Of a stretch of DNA of 64,000 bases, positions 40,242 to 49,653 are shown one piece after another. The stretch covers positions 864,001 through 928,000 of the forward strand of contig OZ223264.1 in NCBI GenBank assembly GCA_965140585.1, read 5' to 3'. Below the pieces are notes generated by a model. It was not told the DNA's origin. It saw only the letters and a list, made by a program, of their open reading frames with translations, and searched no databases. Position 1 is the first letter of the stretch. Each line of letters begins with the position of its first letter. The stretch comes from Spirochaetia bacterium. GTDB taxonomy: Bacteria > Spirochaetota > Spirochaetia > UBA9216. The translations under genes and the position numbers were made by a program.

Positions 40242-41096
40242 ATGCAGGAGAAACTAAGCAGTACGGAGGTTCTTGGTGAACCTCTGTTTATAAGCAGATC
40301 TTCAAAAATTTATAAGTGGAAAGAAAACCAGCTGATAAAACTTTTTAATGAAGAAATTGAATCTGAACTGATTGATAATGAAGAGATAAACTCGAAGGAG
40401 ACTTTTTCCAGGGGAATCTCGAGTGTTAAATGTTACGGCCAGATAAGTGTAGGAACGCAGACCGGGCTGATAATAGAAAAAATACCGGGAATGCCTCTGA
40501 TAAGTCTTGCAGGGGCAAAGCCCCTTACAGCCTTTAATGTCCCCAAGCTTATGGTTCAGCTGCAGCTTGCGATGCATGAAACTCATACTGAAGTAATTAG
40601 AAGCTATAAGGATATGGTCAGAGAGGCCCTGAAGTCTGAACCCCTGGATTTTCTTACGGTTACTGAAAGGACTATGGTTGATAAGCTGCTTCAGAACCTT
40701 CCTGATGGAAGCTCGATACTTCATCTTGATTTTCATCCTGATAATATAATGTCTGATACAAAAGCAACCTCGATAATTGACTGGATGACCGCAGCGCGGG
40801 GGGTGCCGGCCGCTGATGTTGCTGCAACTCTCTTTCTCCTTAATGAATGTGAAATGATTCCCGGTTTTAACAGGATTACAGCAGCGGTCCTTGAAGGAAT
40901 CAGAAAAACCATCTGCAGAAATTATCTGAAGCAGTACAAAAAGGCTTCGGGGATATGTGATGAAGAAATTACATGCTGGAGGCTTCCATTCATGATTGTG
41001 CGGCTGGGCCTCTGGAACATTGAAAGTGAGCGTGAAACCTTGCAGCAGAAAATTAAAGTTGCCATTCTGGAAATAAACGAACTGGAGTGTAAATGA
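40242..41096 (+). CDS. APH/choline-kinase-fold small-molecule phosphotransferase
   Basis: IKLF, LH.DFHPDNI, IIDW..A..G.PAADVA. Confidence 0.8.
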   Translation: MQEKLSSTEVLGEPLFISRSSKIYKWKENQLIKLFNEEIESELIDNEEINSKETFSRGISSVKCYGQISVGTQTGLIIEKIPGMPLISLAGAKPLTAFNVPKLMVQLQLAMHETHTEVIRSYKDMVREALKSEPLDFLTVTERTMVDKLLQNLPDGSSILHLDFHPDNIMSDTKATSIIDWMTAARGVPAADVAATLFLLNECEMIPGFNRITAAVLEGIRKTICRNYLKQYKKASGICDEEITCWRLPFMIVRLGLWNIESERETLQQKIKVAILEINELECK

Positions 41097-42322
41097 CTGA
41101 AAATCAGGAAACCGCGGAAAGTCTTCTGGATTACAGCGGACGACTTAAGACCGCAGGAATGGATCTGGATAATTCCGTTATTGCAGCACGATTTAACGGC
41201 GGTCAGTTTCTTATTCTTGAAAATGGTGGGGAGAATGCTGAGGTTTTAACAAGGGTAGAGCTCCTTCGAAGGCATCCTGCTGTTTATGGAATATTCCGCC
41301 GGAGCCGGAAGGTTAGTGCTGTAATCAGAGGCGCGTCAAAGTTCTGTTCGGTTGCTGCTGAGGCCGGGGGAAGAATCCCGCCGGTTCTTGATGATATGGC
41401 ACAGATTCTCGGAGTCTATGTAAAACACTGTTCTCCTTTTAATACATTTCGGCTGCTTCGAATCACAGGCGGTAACGGCGCATGTCTGACCGGTCCTTCA
41501 AAGGGACTGGCACCGGGGCTTCTGGCTGTCGGAGCCGATCTGCGCACAGCCTACACTGCAGCACTTGTGATTGAGAAGGCGGCACAGGTACATGTTCAGG
41601 CCGGACAGCTTGGGGATGCTAAACCTCTGCCGCTGATTGAAGCAATGCTGATGCATTTCGCATATAAACTGGCCTATTCAAAAAAGGCGGCGGCAGTTAA
41701 ACATCAGAGTGTATCTGATATCGATAGAAAAATTGACCAGGATGAGCTGAAGCTGCGCCGTGAGATCATAAGTCTTGGAAACCGGCTGGTGGAAAGTAAT
41801 CTTGTGCAGGGAACCTGGGGGAATATTTCAGTACGGCTTGATGAGGACTATATGCTCTGTACACCTTCCGGAATGGATTACTCTACGATCAATGAATACG
41901 ACATTGTCAGGGTTAATATCAGCACTCTGGAATATGAGGGAGCTGTGAAGCCAACCGGTGAAAAATCGTTTCATGCAGCCCTTCTTGCTGCACATCCGGA
42001 TGTCAGCTGTATTATTCACAGCCATCCGTCAAACTGCAGTGTTTTTGCCGCTGCACATAAACAAATCATTCCGTTTGATCTGGAAAGCGCTGCTCTGCTT
42101 GGCGGGGAAATAAGGCTTGCTGAATACGGACTGCCCTCATCAAAAAGGCTGTCGGATAATGTTGTTTCTGCCATTCGGGAAAATAGAGCCTGCGTGATGG
42201 AGAATCACGGCATGGTAGTCTGCGGAACAGATATGGAAGACGCTTTTGCAAAGTGCAGAGCAGCCGAGAAAAGTGCCGAAGAGCAGCTGAAGTCTCTGGA
42301 AAAGGAAAAAATTATTGTATGA
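41093..42322 (+). CDS. Class II aldolase/adducin protein with two tandem domains
   Basis: C-domain has GNISVR, TPSG, PTGE..FH, IIHSHP and ENHG. The N-domain keeps the fold pattern (H..IFR..V.AVI, LDDMAQI, A....EKAA) but lacks the HxH and NHG zinc ligands. Confidence 0.82.
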   Translation: MTENQETAESLLDYSGRLKTAGMDLDNSVIAARFNGGQFLILENGGENAEVLTRVELLRRHPAVYGIFRRSRKVSAVIRGASKFCSVAAEAGGRIPPVLDDMAQILGVYVKHCSPFNTFRLLRITGGNGACLTGPSKGLAPGLLAVGADLRTAYTAALVIEKAAQVHVQAGQLGDAKPLPLIEAMLMHFAYKLAYSKKAAAVKHQSVSDIDRKIDQDELKLRREIISLGNRLVESNLVQGTWGNISVRLDEDYMLCTPSGMDYSTINEYDIVRVNISTLEYEGAVKPTGEKSFHAALLAAHPDVSCIIHSHPSNCSVFAAAHKQIIPFDLESAALLGGEIRLAEYGLPSSKRLSDNVVSAIRENRACVMENHGMVVCGTDMEDAFAKCRAAEKSAEEQLKSLEKEKIIV

Positions 42323-44100
42323 GCAGTATCAGTAAAATCCGCAGAAAGATAAATGAAATTTCTCCGGATATAAAAATATCTGAGGTAAGGAACTGCATAG
42401 TTCTGGAAGGTGAGGTTGACAGCTGGGAAACCGTTGTAAAGGCAGGGCAGGCTGCGGTAGATAAAAAGCATTATCTTGGTGTGATTAATAATATAAATCT
42501 TAAAAATTTTACACAGCAGCGGATACTTCCCGAAGTAAATGATTATGAACTTGATGGGCTCAAAACGGATGTTCTGATAATCGGAGGCGGAATTACCGGC
42601 TGTTCCATTGCGCGCGAACTTTCAAGATACAAACTGAATGTAATTCTTGTCGAGAAGGGTGAGGATGTCGCTGTAGGGGCCTCCAGAGCCAACGGCGGGG
42701 TTGTCCATGTCGGTATTAACTTTTCCAGAAAATCACAGAAGCACTATTACAATATCAGAGGAAACAGAATGTACGCAGGGCTTTCGAAAGCCCTTGATGT
42801 TCCATTTGAGCAGGAAGGACAGATAATGCTCTGCAGCAAAAACTGGGAGCGCCTTCCTGTTTTCCTTCTGAGGCTGAATGCAAAACTTCTCGGCATTCCC
42901 GGCGTTAAATATCTAAAAAGGGAAGAGCTTAAAAAATATGAGCCAGAGCTTCCTGATTTTGCAATAGGCGGAATGTATATGCCTATAGGCGGTATAACAA
43001 ATCCTTATGAGATGACCGTTGCACTGGCCGAGAATGCTGTTTCAAACGGAGTCCGGCTGAGCCTCAATACTGTTGTTACCGGCATGACGGTGGGTGATGG
43101 TAAAATTAAAAGCGTCCTCACAAACCGGGGCAGAATGTACCCTCGGCTTGTGATAAATGCGGCCGGTGTCTATTCGGATGAAATTGCTGAGATGGCGGGT
43201 GACAGAACCTTCACAATTCATCCGAGACGGGGCACTAATATAATTACCGATAAAAAAGCCGGTTACATGGTCAGATCAAGTATGGGTAAATCACCCTTCA
43301 GTATTCTTCCTTACCAGGAGGCTGATAAACCCAAGGGGCTGAAAAAGCGTATCCGTTTTTTCCTCGATACAATAACCAGTAAAAGCCATACGAAGGGTGT
43401 GGGGCTTATTCATTCTGTTCATGGAAATATGCTTATCGGTCCAAACGCTGTAGAGACTCCCGATCGGGAAAATACGGCTACAAACAGAGCTGAAGTTGAA
43501 TCTATAATAAACATGCAGCAGCATATAGCCGTAGACTTAAAATACTCCGATATCATCGCATATTTTACCGGTGTCCGTGCAGCGACATATGAAGAGGATT
43601 TTGTGGTGAGAAAGGGGATATTCACAAAGAATATTCTGCAGGCTGCCGGTATTCAGTCGCCCGGAATTACTGCTGCGCCTGCTATTGCAGTTGATATCTG
43701 TAAATGGGCAATTGATTTTTTCGGCGGCGGAACAGAGCTCAAAAAAGAAGACCAATACAGTATGAGCCGCAAAGCAAAACTAAAACTTTCGGAAATCAGT
43801 GATGAGGAACGAGATGCTCTTATAAAGAAAAATCCTGATTATGGAATCATAGTCTGCCGCTGTGAGGAAGTCAGCCGAGGCGAAATTATTGACGCTCTAA
43901 ATTCCCCGCTTTGTGTCCCTACACTTGACGGAATTAAGCGACGGCTTAGACCCGGAATGGGACGCTGCCAGGGCGGCTTTTGCTCACCGCTTATTACGCA
44001 GATTATAGCGGAGCATCAGGGAATAAGCCTTTCCGGAGTAAGAAAGGGCAGTCCGGGTTCTGTTGTAACTTTAGGAACGGTACAGGAGCTCGGTAAATGA
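42319..44100 (+). CDS. GlpA/LhgO-like FAD dehydrogenase with N-terminal BON-like and C-terminal BFD-like [2Fe-2S] domains
   Basis: IVLEGEV.SW..VVKAG.....GVINNI (BON-like), GGGITG, GASRANGGVVH, INAAG, GIQSPG, VCRCEEV..RPGMGRCQGGFC; ATG 42319 overlaps the aldolase stop. Confidence 0.85.
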   Translation: MSSISKIRRKINEISPDIKISEVRNCIVLEGEVDSWETVVKAGQAAVDKKHYLGVINNINLKNFTQQRILPEVNDYELDGLKTDVLIIGGGITGCSIARELSRYKLNVILVEKGEDVAVGASRANGGVVHVGINFSRKSQKHYYNIRGNRMYAGLSKALDVPFEQEGQIMLCSKNWERLPVFLLRLNAKLLGIPGVKYLKREELKKYEPELPDFAIGGMYMPIGGITNPYEMTVALAENAVSNGVRLSLNTVVTGMTVGDGKIKSVLTNRGRMYPRLVINAAGVYSDEIAEMAGDRTFTIHPRRGTNIITDKKAGYMVRSSMGKSPFSILPYQEADKPKGLKKRIRFFLDTITSKSHTKGVGLIHSVHGNMLIGPNAVETPDRENTATNRAEVESIINMQQHIAVDLKYSDIIAYFTGVRAATYEEDFVVRKGIFTKNILQAAGIQSPGITAAPAIAVDICKWAIDFFGGGTELKKEDQYSMSRKAKLKLSEISDEERDALIKKNPDYGIIVCRCEEVSRGEIIDALNSPLCVPTLDGIKRRLRPGMGRCQGGFCSPLITQIIAEHQGISLSGVRKGSPGSVVTLGTVQELGK

Positions 44101-45392
44101 AAACAACAGATGTTACAGTGATAGGCGGCGGTCCGGCCGGCCTTGCTGCGGCAATTGCCGCGGAGAAAAGCGGAGCCGCTGTACTTTTAATTGAAAGAGA
44201 AGCACGCCTTGGCGGCATCCTCAAACAGTGCATTCATGACGGATTCGGAATTGTTCGCTTTAAAGAGAAACTGACAGGTCCTGAATATGCTGAAAGGTTT
44301 ACCTGCGAGCTGCTGGAGCGCAGAATCGATACTATGGTTCTTACATTCGTTACCGCGATTGAGAAAAGGGAGGGCCTCTTCCATATTACTACAGTCAGCA
44401 GGGAAGGGGTGAGTGTCATCGCTTCAAAGACCATCATCCTTGCTACAGGATGCCGGGAGAGAACGGCCAGACAGGTTTTTATACACGGCACACGGCCCTC
44501 GGGAATTTTTACCGCCGGGACCGCACAGCATTACATCAACATCCTCGGTGAGATGCCCACAAAGCGCTGTGTGATTCTTGGAAGCGGAGACATCGGGCTG
44601 ATTATGGCACGCAGGCTGTCCCTGGAAGGAGCGGAGGTTATAGGCGTCTATGAGGCCAAGCCAACCCCTTCTGGGCTTACGCGCAATATTCATCAGTGCC
44701 TGAACGATTATGATATACCACTCCATCTTTCAAAGACTGTTACAAGGGTATTCGGAAATGAAAGGCTCACCGCCGTTGAGGTAAGTTCAGTGGATGAAAA
44801 GATGCAGCCTCTCTCCGGCACAGCTGAAATTATTGAATGCGATTCTCTTATTCTGTCTGTAGGTTTGATTCCGGAGAATGAACTGGCTGACAAGCTTGGA
44901 GTCCGGATAGATCCGCTTACCAAGGGCCCTCTATGCAATTCAAAGCTTATGACTTCTGTCGAAGCTGTTTTCGCCTGCGGCAACGCACTGCATGTAAACG
45001 ATCTTGTAGATTATGTTTCAGAGAGCGGTGAGTTTGCCGGGAAGGCAGCGGCTGAGTACAGTGCTGCCAGGCAGGAAGGGGCGGCTTGCTGTGATGCTGA
45101 ATCAACTGCAGTTGACATTAAACCGGCTGTTATTTCTCCAGGACAGGGGCTGGCCTATGTTGTACCACAGCGACTATCAGTTGATGATTCAGAAGAAGAG
45201 ACAGTTCTGTTTTTCAGAAGCCGTGAAATACTATCAGACTGTTTTCTTGTTATCAGGATAGACGGTGCAGAGGTCTTCCGTAAAAAGTACGGTTTTATGA
45301 AACCGCCGGAGATGGAAAGGCTTGAATACCGCTTCGGGCAGCATAATCTGCCCGCTCGTGCTCAAATCACTCTGGAAATTGAGGTAGCTTGA
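44097..45392 (+). CDS. FAD/NAD(P)-dependent oxidoreductase partner subunit (TrxB-like)
   Basis: GGGPAG, GGILKQCIHDGFG, LTGPEYA, ATGCRER, GSGDIGLIMARR, GNALHVNDLVDYVS. Confidence 0.87.
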   Translation: MKTTDVTVIGGGPAGLAAAIAAEKSGAAVLLIEREARLGGILKQCIHDGFGIVRFKEKLTGPEYAERFTCELLERRIDTMVLTFVTAIEKREGLFHITTVSREGVSVIASKTIILATGCRERTARQVFIHGTRPSGIFTAGTAQHYINILGEMPTKRCVILGSGDIGLIMARRLSLEGAEVIGVYEAKPTPSGLTRNIHQCLNDYDIPLHLSKTVTRVFGNERLTAVEVSSVDEKMQPLSGTAEIIECDSLILSVGLIPENELADKLGVRIDPLTKGPLCNSKLMTSVEAVFACGNALHVNDLVDYVSESGEFAGKAAAEYSAARQEGAACCDAESTAVDIKPAVISPGQGLAYVVPQRLSVDDSEEETVLFFRSREILSDCFLVIRIDGAEVFRKKYGFMKPPEMERLEYRFGQHNLPARAQITLEIEVA

Positions 45393-45393
45393 A

Positions 45394-45753
45394 ATGACTG
45401 AAATTGTATGTATTGAATGCCCGAAAGGCTGTATTTTGAAAATAGGCGGGGAGTCGGGTAAGCCTGATATCAGTGGATACAGCTGTCCAAGAGGAAAAGA
45501 CTTTGCTTTATCCGAGATAATTTCTCCAATGAGAACCCTCAGCTCTACAGTAAGGACCGTTTTTTCAGATACCCCGGTTGTCCCTGTGAAGGTCTCAGCC
45601 GAAATCCCCAAGTCAAGGATTTTTGATGTGATGCATGAAATTCACAAGGTAAGGCTGGGAAACCGGCTTGGTTCAGGTGATGTAGTGATCGGGAATGTCC
45701 TGGGACTTGGTGTTGAGGTTGTGCTCACGAGTAATATGCTCAGGGAGTTTTAG
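45394..45753 (+). CDS. DUF1667-family small Cys-rich subunit
   Basis: CIECPKGC, GYSCPRG, P.RTL.STV, PVK....IPK. Confidence 0.85.
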   Translation: MTEIVCIECPKGCILKIGGESGKPDISGYSCPRGKDFALSEIISPMRTLSSTVRTVFSDTPVVPVKVSAEIPKSRIFDVMHEIHKVRLGNRLGSGDVVIGNVLGLGVEVVLTSNMLREF

Positions 45754-45825
45754 GTTGTCGATTTAATTTGCGATATTAAATTTACATGATCGGGCCGTGC
45801 TCATATGGAGCCGGCCCTTCGGTAT

Positions 45826-46540
45826 TTATTTATAATTACGTGGGATATCAGATACATCCCGATTTTCATTGCGTATGAATTCTTTGGAGAGGTATGGGAA
45901 CTTGGCCACTTTAACACGGATTTCTTTTTGCAGCGCTTTCTTTCCTCTGCAATCATGGTTAAAGTTGACCAGAAAGCCCCAACCCACATCATATGAAGTT
46001 ACAAAGCGGGACTGCAGATCATCCCCAACGCTTCCCCAAAGTCTTCTGTTTCGATTATACATACTGAACATTGGATTGCTGTCACAGAATGCTTCAAGTC
46101 CATCGTCATCTGATTCATACCATGGCAGCGGGTAGTGAATATGGATGTTAGGAAAACCTGCTTCGGTATGGTTCATAAGGTTATAGGCATTTATACCGAG
46201 CTTTTTTGCTCCGAATGACTGTCCAGCCTTCCAGATCTTTTCGTATATATCCTCGAATTCATCCATTGGTTCGTGTACTTCATAGGCAAGGTTACCGCTC
46301 ACATCCATTCCGCTTGTTTCAAGAAAATACTGAATGGGCGGATTAAGCCAATAGGTCCTGTAGGTGTCATCTGAAATCTTGAGAACAACTCCAGCAGTCA
46401 TTATTTGCCCTTTCTTATTGCAGATTACGGCATGTCTGATTCCATTCGGTCCGAGTTTTGAGAAATCATTTATACAGATTGAATTAAGAAATTTTACAGC
46501 ATCGAATCCTTTTACATCAAAGATAGGACACTTCAGAATA
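45826..46540 (-). pseudogene. GcvT/LigM-like aminomethyltransferase-family remnant with 5' loss and internal deletions
   Basis: PIFDVKG.DA.KFL..IC.NDFS, RHAVICN..GQIM..GV, AYEVH, HTEAGFP, D.GWGFLVNF.HD..GK.AL; only about half the normal length. Confidence 0.72.
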
Positions 46541-46545
46541 AACAT

Positions 46546-47178
46546 CTGCAGATATCCCAGTCTTTTAAAGAAAAGGAGATTCTTTTAAGAGAAGTTCATC
46601 ACAGGGTAAAGAATAATTTATCGCTTGTTATATCCTTTCTTTCTCTTCAGTCTGATGTAGTAAGTAATGAGGAACTGCTTGACGTCCTGGGTAAGCTGCA
46701 GAACAGGAGATATGCCATGTCGCTTGTACACGAACAGCTGTACAAGGATAATAAAATAGAACTGATCGATATACAGGAATATCTGAGAGAATTGTGTGAT
46801 TCAGTGATATACAGTTATCACGATAAAAGTAAATTATCAGTTACATATAACCTTCAGGTCGAAGAACAGAATCTGACTATGGACCTGATGATTCCAATAG
46901 GTCTGGTTTTTAATGAACTGGTTACCAATTCAATAAAACATGCTTTCGATGGAATAGCTGATCCTGCCATTTTAATCAGAGGTAGAAAGGACGCTGATCA
47001 ATATATCTTTGAATACAGGGATAATGGTGTGGGCTTTTCCGGAAAAACTGCATCGAAGGAGAATAATTCGCTGGGCATGCTTATTATAAGCACTCTTATG
47101 ATTCAGATTGAGGGTGACTATAAGGTTGACGGTTCAGATGGTCTGAGGGTGAGTTTCTCAGTTCCGCTGCCTAAGTAA
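46546..47178 (+). pseudogene. 5'-truncated HisKA_2-type sensor histidine kinase
   Basis: The frame upstream of ATG 46717 reads EKEILLREVHHRVKNNL (H-box), followed by NELVTNSIKHAF, DNG.G and LG. There is no start codon or sensor domain before the H-box. Confidence 0.75.
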
Positions 47179-47268
47179 ACCGCACTGCTCCAGAAGAAGC
47201 AAGAAAGCATATCCCGCCGCCTGGAGGAATTGTTGTATTCCTTTGGCTTGGAGATTTCAGTACAGATC

Positions 47269-48486
47269 CTATTCAGCTTCAGGGGTCCTGCTTAGTATCA
47301 TAGAATACTCTGTCCCATGGCTGCTTGAAACCGAAAGAGTCCCTCGCATCTGCTGAACCAGCAGCGGGATCAGCACCCGCCCCATGCCTGTTTCCCGATT
47401 ACTATTACCTGCATCTTCAATTCCGCAGCCATTGTCGGAAATTGTAAATGAATAGCTTTTCTCATCGATATCCCTGATACGGATTATTATTTCGGCATTT
47501 GCTGATGTTGTAAAAGCATATTTAATTGAATTTGTGATAATTTCATTTGTTATAAGACCTATAGGAATTGCATTTTCAAAACTTATATTAAACTCTTCAT
47601 CGATATCATATTCCACATTCAGTTTAAGATCCGGGGCTGCGAGTCCTGCTATCAGATTATCAACCAGCTTATGAATGTACTCTTCTAATTTTATGTCCTT
47701 GAGATCTTCAGATTTATAAAGTATCTCATGAACAATACTCATAGCCTGAATTCTATTCTTTATTGACAAAGTCTGAAGGCGCCTTTCCCCGCTGAGTCTT
47801 TCGCTGTCCTGCAGTTCTATGAGGTTGGTAATTATCTGCATATTATTTTTGACCCGATGATGAACCTCGCTCAGCAGGATCTCCCTTTCTTTAACCATAT
47901 CTTTAAGTTTAACATTTATCTGTTCAAGCTGATGAAAGTAGCCTAAAACCTGAACATGATTTTCAATGAGGTTTTGAAGATCTTCTTCAATAACTGATTT
48001 CAGAATATCCATCAGATGTACATGTTTGTCAGAATACGGATTTTCTTTGGAGTCCAGAATGCATAGTGTTCCGAAAAACTCCCCGTCAGGCCATTTTATA
48101 GGGAAGCCAAGATATGAAATCATCCCAAGTTTGATATCAGGGTTATTTTTCCATTCTTCAAGTTTAGTTGCATCAGGTATTCTAAGGTTTTCACCTGTAC
48201 CTATAACTGTTTCGCAATACAGCCCCATTAGCAGTTTTTCCGATTCCCCCTCTTTGTAAGGGTTCCCGGCAGAATGGCTTGATAGAAATACTGATATTTT
48301 TGAGGCATGAATCTCCATAATCAATCCGGATGGTACATCAAGGCATTCAGCCATAACATTAATTAGATTCTGCCATTTACTTTTTATATCATTTCTAATG
48401 TGAGGTTTGTTACTGGTAACAGGTACGGTAACAGCGATTGTCCTGCCCTGAATTTTTACGTTTGCTTGCCGTATTGAATCAGACAT
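47269..48486 (-). CDS. Cytoplasmic GAF-domain HisKA_2 sensor histidine kinase
   Basis: GLYCE.V, SYLGFPI.WPDG..FGTLC.LD (GAF); EVHHRVKNN, NEIITNSIKYAF, DNG.G, GMG. Confidence 0.88.
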   Translation of the reverse strand: MSDSIRQANVKIQGRTIAVTVPVTSNKPHIRNDIKSKWQNLINVMAECLDVPSGLIMEIHASKISVFLSSHSAGNPYKEGESEKLLMGLYCETVIGTGENLRIPDATKLEEWKNNPDIKLGMISYLGFPIKWPDGEFFGTLCILDSKENPYSDKHVHLMDILKSVIEEDLQNLIENHVQVLGYFHQLEQINVKLKDMVKEREILLSEVHHRVKNNMQIITNLIELQDSERLSGERRLQTLSIKNRIQAMSIVHEILYKSEDLKDIKLEEYIHKLVDNLIAGLAAPDLKLNVEYDIDEEFNISFENAIPIGLITNEIITNSIKYAFTTSANAEIIIRIRDIDEKSYSFTISDNGCGIEDAGNSNRETGMGRVLIPLLVQQMRGTLSVSSSHGTEYSMILSRTPEAE

Positions 48487-48567
48487 CAGGTTATCTCTTG
48501 TATATTAGCTTAATATAATAAGCATATGGATTTCGATGTCTGATTTCAACAAAAAAAGGGATAAAAA

Positions 48568-49443
48568 TTATTTTAGAACCATATCAAGAAAAGCTTTTCC
48601 GACATTACTCAGGCGGTTTTCATTCCAGACTACAATTGAATTCATATTGTGAATCTCCGGAACATCGATGAATTTGAAATTAGGATTATGATAGAGGAAA
48701 CACCCCTTGTCCACGGCTGCAAGTCCCAGTCCTGCTTCGGCCCAGAGCGCAAGAGTTCTAAGGGTCGGGGCATATTTAAGTTTGGGTGTAAATCCAGCCT
48801 CTGCACAGGATTCCTTGAGTTTGGCAACAACGTCACTGCTGACATCAGGGTCGAGGATTACATAAGTTTCATCTGAAAAGTCGGCCAGGGTAAGGCCTTT
48901 CTGGTTTACCTTTGGATGATCGGCCGGGATTGCCAGATAGTTGTGGTTCGTGGCAATAACATCATGTCGGAGAGTCGGGTATTTTCCAAGCTCAAATTCA
49001 AGGGTAAACCCTATATCTATCTGATTATCATTAAGTTTTTCAAGTAGCTCAATCAGCTTGAACTGATCAACGGTTATTTTGATATCCGGATATTTCTCGG
49101 TTAATACAGAAATAGCCTTTGTGCATTTGGGACTGATGCTTCGATCTTCCAGATAGCCGATTCTGATTGTTCGCTGTGCACCCTCACTGGCCCTTTTTAC
49201 TTCTGAAAGCATTATATTAAAATCGCCGGATAGCCTTTTGAGGCCTTCAAGAAACATTTTACCGGGTTCAGTCAGGTATACACGTTTTTTTATACGCAGA
49301 AAAAGCTGTATTTCCAGTTCTTCCTCCAAAGAGGCCACCTGTTTGCTTAAGGCAGGCTGAGACAATTCAAGTTTATTTGCCGCTTCAGTAAAGCTCAGGC
49401 ATTCAGCAGCCTCCATGAAACACTGAATCTGGGAAATTTTCAC
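48568..49443 (-). CDS. LysR family transcriptional regulator
   Basis: SFTEAA.KL.LSQPALSKQV..LEEEL...LF.R....V.LT..G. Confidence 0.92.
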   Translation of the reverse strand: MKISQIQCFMEAAECLSFTEAANKLELSQPALSKQVASLEEELEIQLFLRIKKRVYLTEPGKMFLEGLKRLSGDFNIMLSEVKRASEGAQRTIRIGYLEDRSISPKCTKAISVLTEKYPDIKITVDQFKLIELLEKLNDNQIDIGFTLEFELGKYPTLRHDVIATNHNYLAIPADHPKVNQKGLTLADFSDETYVILDPDVSSDVVAKLKESCAEAGFTPKLKYAPTLRTLALWAEAGLGLAAVDKGCFLYHNPNFKFIDVPEIHNMNSIVVWNENRLSNVGKAFLDMVLK

Positions 49444-49527
49444 TTATCCGACCATCCTGTAATATTATTCATTTGAGCCAATTGCGAAACTAACAGAGTT
49501 TTGCAAGAAGCTTCAGTTACTATAAGA

Positions 49528-49559
49528 GTTGTCCGCCGGAAGAGCAACCGGCGGACAAC
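49528..49559. terminator. Perfect 12-bp hairpin downstream of the AbfD-like gene (possible terminator)
   Basis: GTTGTCCGCCGG-aagagcaa-CCGGCGGACAAC; the U tract on the minus strand is weak. Confidence 0.5.
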
Positions 49560-49653
49560 AAAAATATGGAAAATCGAGGCAATTAAAAAGTATTAAACTT
49601 TTTAATTGCTTCATTAGATGCAGGGATATGCAATCATATTTTGATTGCATATC

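Noticed and set aside
40242-41096. Aminoglycoside resistance gene
   Set aside because: Only the general APH fold motifs are present, and it is the first gene of a SorC-linked metabolic operon.
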